A stretch of 64,000 nt of DNA from Squalus acanthias (lineage: Eukaryota): assembly GCA_030390025.1 (NCBI GenBank), contig CM059431.1, positions 156,490,001-156,554,000 on the forward strand, given 5' to 3'. A program made the position numbers and the translations under genes. Under the pieces are notes generated by a model. That model was not told where the DNA came from and did no database searches. It saw only the letters and a list, made by a program, of their open reading frames with translations. Positions 52,347 to 64,000 of this stretch are shown piece by piece; within the stretch, counting starts at the first letter, position 1; every line of letters begins with the position of its first letter.

Positions 52347-54545
52347 AATATAATAACATAAGAAATAGGAGCAGGAGTAGGCCTTTTGGCCCTTGGAGCC
52401 TGACCGCCTTTCAATAAGATCATGGCAGATCTGATCTTGGCATTAGCTCCACTTCCCTGCCCGCTCCCCAAAACCCTTGACTCCCTCACCATTCAAAAAT
52501 CTGTCTATCTCCACCGTAAGTATATTTAATGACTCTGCCTTCTCAGATCTCCGGGGTAGATAATTTCACAGATTCACGGCCCTCTGAGAGTAGAAATTCC
52601 TCCTCAACTCTGTTTTAAATGGGTGACCCGTTATTCTAAAACTGTGCTCCCGCGTGCTAGATTTCCCCTCGAGTACAAATATGCTCTCTGCATCTACCCT
52701 GTCTAGCCGGCTCAGCACCTTATGTTTCGATAAGATCACCTCTCTTTCTTCTAAACTCCAATGAGTATAGGCCCAGCCTGCTCAACCTTTCTTTATAAGA
52801 CAACCACTTCATCTCAGGAGTTAACCTAGTGACCGTCTCTGAACTGCCTCCAAAGCAGATATATGGCTCCTTAAATAAGGAGAGAAAAGCTGTGCGCAGT
52901 AATCCAGGTGTGGTCTCATCAATACCCTGCACAGTTGTAGCAGGGCTTCCATACTTTTGTACTCCATCTCCCTTGCAATAAAGGCCAACATTCCATTTAC
53001 CTTCGAAATACTTGCTGTACATGCATAGTAACTTTTTGTGTTTCATGTACAAGGACACCCAGATACCTCTGTACTGCAGTATTTTGTCATCTCTCACCAT
53101 TTACATAAAAATATGCTTTTTTATTTTTCGTACCAAATTGGATAACCTCACATTTTCCCACATTATACTCCATGTACCAACATTTTGCCCACAAACTTAG
53201 CCTATCTATATTCCTTTGCAGCTTATTTGTGTCCTCTTCACAACTTGCTTTCCCACCTATCATTGTATCATCAGTAATTTTGGCTACATTACACGCGGTC
53301 CCTTTATCCAAGTCATTAATATTTATTGTAAATAGTTGAAGCCCCTGCACTGATCCCTATGGCACTCCACTACTTACATTTTGCCAAACAGAAAAGTACC
53401 CATTTATCCCGATTGTTTGTTTCCTGTTAGTTAGCCAATACTCAACCTTGCTAATATATTACCCCCAACAACGTGAGCTCTTATCTAGTGCAGTAACCTT
53501 GTATTCGTCACGTTATCGAATGCCTTCTGGAAATCCAAATACACTAAATCAACTGGTTCCCCTTTATCGACCCTGCTCATTACATCCTCAAAGAAATCCA
53601 GCAAATTTGTAAAACATGATTTCCCTTTCATAAAACCATGCTGACTCTGATTGACTGTATTATCATTTTCTAAATGTCCTGCTACTAATTCCTTAAAAAT
53701 GGACTCCAACATTTTCGCAATCACAGATGTTAGGCTAACTGGTCTATAGTTTCCTGCTTTCTGTCTCCCTCCTTTCTTAAATATGGGCATTATATTTGCG
53801 GTTTCCAATCCGCTGGGACCTCTCCAGAATCCAGGGAATTTTGGTGGATTGTAAGCAATGCATCCACTATCTCTTCAGCATTTATTTTAAGAGCCTAGGA
53901 TGCCGCCCATCAGGTCCAGGGGACTTGTCCACCATTAGTCCCATTATTTTACCGAGTAATTTTTCTGTAGTGTTAGTCATTGTTTTAAGTTCCCCATCCC
54001 TATAGCCACTTGATTATCTATTATTGGGATGCTTTTAGTGTCTTCTAACGTGAAGACCGATGTAAAATATTTGTTCAAATTTTCTTCCTTTTCCCTGTTT
54101 CCCATTATTAATTCCCCAGTCTCATGCTCTAAGTGACCAACGTTGGCTTTAGCTACTTTCTTCCTTTGTATATACCTTTAGAAGCTCTTTTATATTTCTT
54201 GCTAGTTTACTCTCATAAACTATCTTCTCTCTCTTTATTATTTTTTAGTCCTCCTTTGCTGGTTTCTAAAAAATTCCCAATCCTCTGGCCTACCACTAAT
54301 CTTCGCAACATTGTATGCCTTTGTTTTCAATTGGATACCGTTCTTTACTTCCTTAGTTAGCCACGGATGCTTCAACCTTCACTTAGAGACTTTACTTCTC
54401 ACTGAAATATATCTTTGCTGAGAGTTATGAAATATCTCCTTAAATGTCTGCCACTGCTTATCTACTGTCTTACGCTTTAATCTGTTTTCCCAGTCAACTT
54501 TAGCCAACTCTGCCTTCATACATTTGTAATTGCCCTTATTCAAGA
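52347..54545 (-). mobile_element. 5'-truncated CR1 LINE
   Basis: NYRPVSLTS, YLDFQKAFD, KITDDT, KCEVIQFG; tail at ~52350. Confidence 0.93.
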
Positions 54546-56344
54546 AGAATTTTTTCGCACAGTGTGATATTGGAACATGAAATGTTCAATCAAACCTGGC
54601 AATTGAGACAGAGACCATAGGTCAAATTTCCCACTTGGCATTGGCACCGCGTCAACTCAGCTTCTGTCTGCCGTCCGACTCCATCATAACCCCCACGTTT
54701 TTTTTCCTGGGTGATGCATAATATTAATAGCAAGGTAGGATCGCGGCGGGACTCCTGCCAGCAAGAGGGAGCTCACTGCTGCAACAGAGGGACATTCCTT
54801 CATTCCCGATCCAGCTGCATGTCTGATTCTCCGTCCACCATAAACAATATATCAAAGCTTTTCGATATTCTCCAGCGTCACACTCAGTCTACGGACAATC
54901 CAAAAGCTCATCCCATGTTATCTTCACGGAATGTTGTTACCAATTGGAGAAATGGTGCCTAAAATAATGAAGTAGCATTACCTAGCCGGATAATATTTTC
55001 TTCAATGTTCCTTTCTGGTTTGTCATACATCACATTGATAAAAATCACCTTGTGGTTTTTTGTCTATTTTGTAGTTTCACTAGATTTGGGCTTCATTCTA
55101 AATTTCAGTATTTCCCTCCTTCCTTGATGCCCCGAGCAGAGGAAATGGTTTCTCTCAATCGACCCTGTCGAATCTTTTTAACATTTTAAATATCTAGGTC
55201 AGATCGCCCTGAATCTTCTATATTCAAACAAATACAAACCAACTTTATAACACATGGCATTCATCTCCTCCCTCCCTCACAATTTCTAACCCAAGTCAAA
55301 AGGTTGACTCCATTTCAATGTGATCTAATTTTTCCAATTATCTTTTCTGAGGAAGCTTGGCGAATGCCTTCTGAAAGTCCACATAGATAACATCCATAGG
55401 CTCACATTCGTCTACCTTATAAGTGATCTCCTCAAAATATTAAACTAGTTTAGTCAGACCTTTAACAAAGCCATGCTGTTTCTGTCTGATCAGCTCATAT
55501 TTGCTCAAATGCTCAGTCACTCTACTGTAAATGGCCGATTCTAGTAGCTTCCCATTAACCGACGGTAAACTAGCATGCATGTAGTTACCTACTTTATGTA
55601 TCTCGTCCATTTAAATAGTGGACTGACGATAGCAATTTCCAGTCCAATGGCACAATTCCAGTAAATTCCTCCCCTTGATTTACTTTTATTTTCCCTCTAT
55701 CACTGATATTTTGTCCTTTTCCTCTACTGTGAAAATTGATACAAAGTATCAATTATATAAATCTGCAGCTATCTTGTTAGCTATTACCGTATCATCTGTG
55801 CCTGCCTTTAATGGCCCACATCTCCCTCAACCACTCTCTTAATCATAGTATATTTACACAAATTTTTACCATTAGCTTTTATATTCCTTGCAAGTTTTTA
55901 TTCTATTTCCATTTTGCAGCTCTTAATATTTTCTGTGTAACCCTTTGTTGTTTTCTATATTTTTTACCAGTCCTCTGGATTACCGGTTTTCTTCGCATTA
56001 TTGAGAGTCACTTTCTTTAGCTTTATACTGCTTCTCATCTCACATGCTGATCATGGTTCTATGACGGTACACGTGGAATTCTTGCTCCTTAGGGATATAT
56101 TTTGGATGACCAGCTTTGTCCCATCCTGAAAATGAAGCACAGATTGAATCCAGCCAATTCTTTCCCTACCAGCCCCCTGACAATGAGCAGCAAAGTGATG
56201 GACGGATTCATCAATAGCGCCATCAAGCAACATTCACTCATCACTAACCTGCTCAGTGACACACTGTTCGGGTGATGCCTGAAATCTTCGGATGCCTAAT
56301 TGTTCACAGATATAAGAGTTCACTCACAGAGCAGAGGTGAAATA

Positions 56345-56750
56345 AACTCACCTAGACAACAAGGTACTATTTGATTCGGTTTGGCACCAAGGATCCCGAG
56401 CATTCTGAGGTCAATGTGGGTCGAAAGGTAAAGCTCCCGTGGCTGGAAACTTTGGATGTAGGTGATGGTTAAGCGAACTGTTTGATGTTGACAAGCCTCG
56501 ATCTCGAACTTCTTGTTCATACCCGTATAATAAACGAAAAATATGTTTAAATATTATTTACAGCAGTATAATTTTAGCGTGCAAGTTTTCATTTTGCAGT
56601 TTTGTTCTGTTAAATTGTGTTGATTGAAGTAACTTTATTTGTGAAAAAGCAACCTTTCTTACCAAATGCAAAGTAGATATTATAGAATTTCAACATAATT
56701 GAACAAGTCCATAAATAAACGGCGACGCGTCGATTCTGCTTCATTTCATT
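56345..56750. repeat. Segmental repeat unit, copy 5 (type A), truncated before the exon
   Basis: CCCGAGCATTCTGAGGTCAATGTGG etc. match 6690-7070 and 21930-22310. Confidence 0.8.
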
Positions 56751-57851
56751 GAGGACCTCCAGTGCAGACCGGTCTGCAGTAATTACACGCTTCTTCTCGT
56801 GGAGGTGGTGTAGAGCCTCAGTTTGACGTCTCCCAGCTCCTCTGCCTGTACCACTCCGCTTCCCATATTGCAATTTACCTCGATTTCTGCTCACAAAAAA
56901 TAATATAGCATCAAGTTAAGTAAAGATGTATATTGTTAAGTTAATTAACGATTGAACCAGAGGGAAGATCATTTTAATTTGTCTCTCGCAGTGAGTTGTT
57001 ATGATCTGGAATACAGCGCTTTGAAAGGGTGCTGGAAGCAGCTTCAATAGTAAGTTTCAAAAGGGAATTAGATAAACACTTGAAGGGGGAAATGTGCAGG
57101 GCAGTGTGGAAATTGTAGGGGTGTGGTGGCTCCTTCAAATATTTTTTCAAACATGAAACGAGTTTCTTGATGAACAACTCAAATTAATCAAATAACTTTA
57201 TGAAAATAATGTCTGTTATTTTTTCAGTAACTGAAGTGTCTAATCTTCAAAATAAGAATCTAAATAAAAAGAAAAACTTCATTTTCGCATCAACATCATT
57301 AAATCTAAAGATTGCAATCTTTCAAATTTTTATTTCATTGCCTTCCATGAACATTTAACTTCAAAGCCTCAGCATGTCTCAGAAACCTGGGTTTACATTA
57401 ATATTTGTTATCCTCAGAATATTTAAATAAATCTTTCAAAGACATATGTACATTCTGAGTTCAAATTTCTGGATACCAGATTGCCACGTTTCATATTTTC
57501 CCCAAGTACCTAACTCCAGAGCCGCTCTCTGTTCACATCCCCAGTGCTCCCTGATTCCAGGTCTGGCCCCAGTGCTCTAAACCCTGAGATCCCCAATCAT
57601 TTTCCCAGGATCCCAAAACTAATGCTAAACCTTGAAACCTCAATTTACCCAAAAATACATCGATGTTACAGCACGTAAACAATGCAGTCTGCCCAAACAG
57701 TCAATGCCTTTCTTTATCGTCCACATGAGCAAACAACTCCAATCATATTGATACGATAGCAAAATACTGCAGATGCTGGAAATCCGAAATAACAACAGAA
57801 AACGCTGGAAAAACTCAGCAGGCCAGGCAGCATCCGTGGAGAGAGAAAGAG

Positions 57852-57888
57852 AGTTGACGTTTCAGGTCGATGACCTTTCATCAGAACT
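57852..57888 (-). ncRNA. Minimal type I hammerhead ribozyme motif (left arm)
   Basis: Exact reverse complement of 60637-60673. Confidence 0.82.
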
Positions 57889-59050
57889 GGGAAGAGCTGG
57901 AAATCAAATAGATTTAAGGCCAGGGTAAAGCTGGGAAAAGGGGGAGGGGATAAAGGAACAAAGGAGGAGATGAAGAGACATTAAGAGACATTAAGAGATA
58001 TGCAAGGCTAGAGGTGGTGTTAATGTGACAGATTAAGGCTGAAAGAAGTGTGAAATGCACTGGCAGAATGAAGGACAGCTGCCAGCTTCTAGGAGGAAAA
58101 AAAAGGTGGGGGGGACAAATAAAAGGGTAGATAAAATAAAATATAAATGTGATTGGAGCTGAGGTTATGATCTAAAATTGTTGAACTCGATATTGAGTCC
58201 AGAGGGCTGTAGCGTGCCTAAACGAAAGATGAGGTGCTGTTCCTCGAGCTTACGCTGAGCTTCCGTGGAACAGTGTATTAGGCCGAGGACGGTGAGGTCA
58301 GAGTGGGAGTGAAGCGGTGAATTAAAGTGACAGGCCACCGGGAGCTCGGGGTCCCCCTTACGGACTGAACGGAGGTGTTCCGCAAAGCGGTCACCCAATC
58401 TGCGTTTGGTCTCCCCAATGTAGAGGAGTCCACATCGTGAGCAGCGAATACAGTATACTAAATTGCAGGAAGTACAAGTAAATCGCTGTTTCACCTGGAA
58501 GGGGTGTTTGGGGCCCTGGACAGTGGGAAGAGGGGAGGTATAAGGGCATGTGTTGCATCTCCTGCGCGTGCACGGGAAGGTGCCAGGCGAAGGGGAAGGG
58601 GTGCTGGGGGTGGTAGAGGAGTGGACTAGGGTGTCGCGGAGGGAGCGGTCCCTGCGGAATGCTGAAAGGGGAGGTGAGGGGAAGATGTGTTTGGTGGTGG
58701 GATCACGCTGGAGGTGGCGGAAATGGCGGAGGATGATCCGTTGAATGTGGAGGCTGGTGGGGTGAAAGGTGAGGACAAGGGGAACCCTATCGTGGTTCCG
58801 GGAGGGAGGGGCAGGGGTGAGGGCGGATGTGCGGGAGATAGAACGGACACGGTCGAGGGCCGTGTCGACCACGGTAGAGGGGAATCCTCGGTTGAGGAAA
58901 AAGGAAGACATGTCGGAAGCACTGGTATGGAAGGTGGCATCATCAGAGCAGATGCGGCGGAGACGGAGAAACTGGGAGAATGGAATAGAGTCCTTACAGG
59001 AGGCGGGGTGGGAGGAAGTGTAGTCCAGGTAGCTGTGGGAGTCGGTGGGC

Positions 59051-60360
59051 TTCGCTTCTTCCTTGAACAGAGGCCCAACCAGTCCCCATCCACCACCACC
59101 CTCCTCCGCCTGGCTGAACTTGTTCTCACATTGAACAACTTCTCCTTTGACTCTACCCATTTCCTCCAAATTAAAGGTGTTGCTATGGGTACCCGCATGG
59201 GTCCTAGCTATGCCTGCCTTTTCGTGGGATATGTGGAACACTCTTTGTTCCAGTCCTACTCGGGTCCCCTCCCTCACCTCTTTTTCCGGTACATTGATGA
59301 CTGTATCGGTGCCGTCTCCTGCTCTCGCCCTGAACTAGAACATTTCATTCACTATGCTTCCAATTTCCACCCTTCCCTCACCTTCACATGGTCCATCTCC
59401 GACTCTTCTCTTCCCTTCCTCGACTTCTCCATCTCCATCTCTGGGGATAGGTTATTGACTAACATTCACTACAAGCCCACCGACTCCCACAGCTACCTGG
59501 ACTACACTTCCTCCCACCCCGCCTCCTGTAAGGACTCTATTCCATTCTCCCAGTTTCTCCGTCTCCGCCGCATCTGCTCTGATGATGCCACCTTCCATAC
59601 CAGTGCTTCCGACATGTCTTCCTTTTTCCTCAACCGAGGATTCCCCTCTACCGTGGTCGACACGGCCCTCGACCGTGTCCGTTCTATCTCCCGCACATCC
59701 GCCCTCACCCCTGCCCCTCCCTCCCGGAACCACGATAGGGTTCCCCTTGTCCTCACCTTTCACCCCACCAGCCTCCACATTCAACGGATCATCCTCCGCC
59801 ATTTCCGCCACCTCCAGCGTGATCCCACCACCAAACACATCTTCCCCTCACCTCCCCTTTCAGCATTCCGCAGGGACCGCTCCCTCCGCGACACCCTAGT
59901 CCACTCCTCTACCACCCCCAGCACCCCTTCCCCTTCGCCTGGCACCTTCCCGTGCACGCGCAGGAGATGCAACACATGCCCTTATACCTCCCCTCTTCCC
60001 ACTGTCCAGGGCCCCAAACACCCCTTCCAGGTGAAACAGCGATTTACTTGTACTTCCTGCAATTTAGTATACTGTATTCGCTGCTCACGATGTGGACTCC
60101 TCTACATTGGGGAGACCAAACGCAGATTGGGTGACCGCTTTGCGGAACACCTCCGTTCAGTCCGTAAGGGGGACCCCGAGCTCCCGGTGGCCTGTCACTT
60201 TAATTCACCGCTTCACTCCCACTCTGACCTCACCGTCCTCGGCCTAATACACTGTTCCACGGAAGCTCAGCGTAAGCTCGAGGAACAGCACCTCATCTTT
60301 CGTTTAGGCACGCTACAGCCCTCTGGACTCAATATCGAGTTCAACAATTTTAGATCATAA
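59051..60360 (+). CDS. Penelope-like RT C-terminal half + GIY-YIG endonuclease (5'-truncated, uninterrupted)
   Basis: QIKGVAMGTRMGP, FRYIDD, FLD, YKPT, Cys-rich linker CTRRRCNTC, NLVYCIRCSRCGLLYIGETKRRL..RFAEH, C-terminal GLN. Confidence 0.93.
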
Positions 60361-60636
60361 CCTCAGCTCCAATCACATTTATATTTTATTTTATCTACCC
60401 TTTTATTTGTCCCCCCCACCTTTTTTTTCCTCCTAGAAGCTGGCAGCTGTCCTTCATTCTGCCAGTGCATTTCACACTTCTTTCAGCCTTAATCTGTCAC
60501 ATTAACACCACCTCTAGCCTTGCATATCTCTTAATGTCTCTTAATGTCTCTTCATCTCCTTCTTTGTTCCTTTATCCCCTCCCCCTTTTCCCAGCTTTAC
60601 CCTGGCCTTAAATCTATTTGATTTCCAGCTCTTCCC

Positions 60637-60673
60637 AGTTCTGATGAAAGGTCATCGACCTGAAACGTCAACT
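60637..60673 (+). ncRNA. Minimal type I hammerhead ribozyme motif (right arm)
   Basis: AGUU-CUGAUGA-A-AGGUC-AUC-GACCU-GAAA-CG-UC-AACU; GUC cleavage triplet and palindromic ACGU stem III. Confidence 0.85.
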
Positions 60674-61159
60674 CTCTTTCTCTCTCCACGGATGCTGCCT
60701 GGCCTGCTGAGTTTTTCCAGCGTTTTCTGTTGTTATTTCCAATCATATTGACTCGCCCTGTTCCAAATTATTTAGCGAATTTCAACATCATTGACAGAAG
60801 AACCAGAGGCGACATGAGGAAACATTTCTTTGCGCAGTGAGTTGTTGCAAAAGGGAATTGAAAATAGCGCTTTCTGCTGCTGTAAAATCCGTCCCATGGG
60901 ATGTTATGAAACAATGAGAATTTATTCTGTCCCGTTACATGTTTTAAATGTCCCTGCACTCCTAATTTATAGGAGAGGGCAGTCTCTCACTTTATTTCCC
61001 ATTAAACTGAGTGTACAACTAATTTAGGTGAACTCGCAATTTTAGCGGAGTTTGCAGAAGTTCACATCCCAAGCGGGGCCTCACACACAGATGGAGGATT
61101 ATCGGAAATTGCCGGATTTATTGCCCCCATTTACCCATAAACTAATGCCACGATAAGAG

Positions 61160-61560
61160 ATAGTTCGATATGGCTGCAAAGGAATTTGGAAAGCGAGGTA
61201 AGTCGTGGTTCATGTCGGGACCAGTGACAAACGGTAAAAAAAAATGAGTTGTTGCTGAGGGATTATGTGGAGTGGCGAGCTAAATTAAAAAAAAGACATG
61301 TCTTCAAGGGTGCTAATCTCAGGATTATTACCCGGGCCATGTGCTAATTGCCATAGAGTCAAGCAGACAAGAAAGGTGAACACGTGGCTGGAAGTGTGGT
61401 GTGGGAGGCAGGGGCTCAGTTTCATGGGACACTCCTACCAGTACTGGGCAAAGAGATAGCTATACCGTTGGAACATGCTATACCTGACCCGGGCTGAAGA
61501 AAAATCCTAGCAGAAAGGATAAATAGCGTGGGAAAAAATGGGCCTTAAACTATTAAATCG
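61160..61560 (+). mobile_element. Old CR1 ORF1 esterase fragment
   Basis: VVVHVGTSD and VLISGLLP remnants. Confidence 0.7.
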
Positions 61561-61934
61561 GGGTGGGGAGAGGGCTCAGTCATAAACAATAGTAATAATG
61601 ATAATCGAACGATAAAATTTGATAACAGCAGAGTTCAGGTCACCACAGTGATACTCCAGGTGAAGGGATTACTAAAATAATTGAAATATTTGCAGCAGAA
61701 TTGACAAATACGAAACAGTTAAATTAAACGGTGTAAGAAACACAGCATCAGGTCAAAAAGTCAGCTTAGGGTCTCTTTCACAAACAAGAGTTTTATATAC
61801 TAACGTACGGGGTAAAATAAATAAATGTAGTGAATTGGAGGCTCAAATGTGTCAAATGGATTCGAATCTGCTGATGATACAAAGCTAGGTGTGAAAGTAA
61901 GTTGTAAGGCAGGATGCAAAGATGTAGAGTAGAA

Positions 61935-64000
61935 ATAGGAGGATATTTCAAATGAATACGTGGCTAGTGGAATGGTGCAAGGGGGAGGGATTCAAATTCC
62001 TTGGACATTGCAACCGGTTCTGGGGGAGGTGGGAGCAGTACAAACGGGACGGTCTGCACCTGGGCAGGGCCGAGGCGATGTCCTAGGGGGAGTGTTTGCA
62101 AGTGCTGTTGGGGAGGGTTTAAACTAAAGTGGCAGTGGGTTGGGAACCTGAGCAGGGAGACAGAGGAAAGGGAAATAAGGACAAAAGCTAAAGACAGGAA
62201 GGAGAAAAAACAAAAGTAGAAGGCAAATAACTCAACGGTTTAAATCAAACATGTCACAGTAAATAATAATTCATATAGGTCTGAGAGCGTTAAAAAAAAA
62301 GCCTGAAGGCTTTGTGTCATAATGCAAGGAGCATTCGGAACAAGGTGGATGAATTAGCTGCGCAAATAGAGGTAAATGAATACGATTTGATTGGGATTAC
62401 AGCAACATGGCTCCAGGGTGGCCAAGGCTGGGAACTCAACATCCAGGTTTATTCAATATTTAGGAAAGATAGGCAAAAAAGAAAGGGAGGTGGGGTAGCA
62501 TTGCTGGTTAAAGAGAGGATTAACACAATTGAAAGGAAGGATATTAGCTCTTATGATGTGGAATCTGTATGGGTAGAACTGAGAAATAACAAGGGGCAGA
62601 AAACGTTAGTGGGAGTGGTATATAGACCTCCAAACAGTAATACGGAGGTTGGGGACCGCATTAAAAGGGAAATTAGAGAAGCATGCAGTAAGGGCACAGA
62701 AGTCATCATGGGTGACTTTAATTTACATATAGATTGGGCTAACCAAATTAGTAAAAATACTGTGGAGGAGGAATTCCTAGAATGTTTACGAGATGGTTTT
62801 CTGGAACAATATGCCGAGGAACCAACCAGAGGTCAGGCGATCTTAGACTGGGTATTATGCAACGAGAAAGGATTAATTAGCAATCTTGTTGTACGAGGCC
62901 CCTTGGGTCAGAGTGATCATAGTATGATAGAATTCTTCATTAGGATGGAGAGTGAAGTAGTTGAATCAGAGACTGGGGTCCTGAATTTAAATAAAGGAAA
63001 CTACGATGGTATGAGGCGCGAATTGGGTAGGATTGATTGGGGAATGTCACTCAAGGGGTTGACGGTGGATAGGCAATGGCAAACATTTAAAGACAGCATG
63101 GATGAACTACAGAATTTGTACATCCCAGATTGGCATAAGAATAAAACAAAATGTGACTCAACCGTGGCTAACAAGGGAAATTAGAGACAGCATAAGATCC
63201 AAGGAGAGGGCATATAAATTGGCCAGAAAAAGCGGTAACCCTGAGGATTGGGGGCAGTTTAGGATTCAACAAAGGAGGACAAAGGGATTAATTAAGAAGG
63301 GGAAAATAGAATATGAAAGTAAGCTTGCTGGGAACATAAAAACTGACTGTAAGAGCTTTTATAGATATGTGAAGAGAAAAAGATTTGTATAATCAAGTGT
63401 AGGTCCCTTGCAGTCAGAAGCGCGGGAAGTTATAATGGGGAACAAAGAAATGGCAGCCCAATTAAATGCATATTTTGGTTCTGTCTTCACAAAGGAGGAC
63501 ACAAATAACCTCCCAGAGATGTTGGAGAACATGCGGTCTGCTGAAAGGGAGGAACTGAAAGAAATCAGTATTTGCAGGGAAATGGTGTTAGGGAAATTGA
63601 CGGTATTGAAGGCCGATAAATCCCCAGGGCCTGATAATCTACATCCTAGGGTACTTAAGGAAGTGGCCCTAGAAATAGTAGATGCATTGCTGATCATCTT
63701 CCAATATTCGATGGAATCTGGAACTGTTACCATGGATTGGAGGGTAACTAATGTTACCCCACTATTCAAAAAGGGTGGTAGAGAGAAAGCGGGGAATTAC
63801 AGACCGGTAAGCCAGACATCGGTAGTGGGGAAAATGCTAGAGTCCATTATAAAGGATGTAATAGCTGAGCATTTGAAAAACAGTGATAGGATCGGACAAA
63901 GTCAACATGGATTTACAAAAGGTAAATCGTGCTTGACTAATCTACTGGAATTTTTTGAGGATGTAACTGGGAAAATAGATAAGGGAGAACCAGTAGATGT
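61935..64000 (+). mobile_element. CR1 LINE from ORF1 C-terminus through endonuclease into RT; runs off the right edge
   Basis: ORF 62312-63184 is an APE endonuclease (NARSI, YRPP, MGDFN, SDH), followed by KSPGPD and SQHGF. Confidence 0.95.

Larger units (their letters stand above)
49580..56230. repeat. Segmental repeat unit, copy 4 (type B), split by Penelope (50400-51652) and CR1 (52347-54545)
   Basis: Colinear with copy 2. Confidence 0.85.
57752..60739. mobile_element. Young Penelope-like retroelement, fold-back insertion with 1267-bp inverted arms
   Basis: Arms 57786-59052 and 59473-60739, 420-bp spacer, 34-nt tail on the left arm, TSD CAATCATATTGA at 57740-57751 and 60740-60751. Confidence 0.96.

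Noticed and set aside
56750..56895. Possible Harbinger Myb/SANT-like remnant (KRSGTGRG)
   Set aside because: Too short and weak a resemblance to call.
6300..64000. Uni-strand piRNA-cluster-like TE orientation bias
   Set aside because: LINEs occur on both strands; minus bias holds only for ~34-56 kb, and small-RNA data would be required.

Overview
Eukaryotic, repeat-dominated DNA, most likely from a cartilaginous fish (inferred from the CR1 3' tails and Penelope termini, not proven). No intact host protein-coding gene is supported. The window opens with a 5.3-kb 40-bp minisatellite, a 55-bp repeat and a CpG-rich promoter/first-exon-like segment. The rest is a hidden array of five degenerate copies of a 3-4 kb segment, four of which carry an 81-nt splice-site-flanked exon candidate on the minus strand. 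The array is inflated by nested retroelements: many CR1 LINEs (two full-length, with esterase ORF1 and tandem-repeat 5' UTRs), one rearranged RTE LINE and five Penelope-like insertions with minimal hammerhead ribozyme motifs. The latter include a very young 3-kb fold-back element with 1267-bp inverted arms and two ~200-bp palindromic mini-elements with TSDs. Boundaries of old elements are approximate and all alignments were done by eye.
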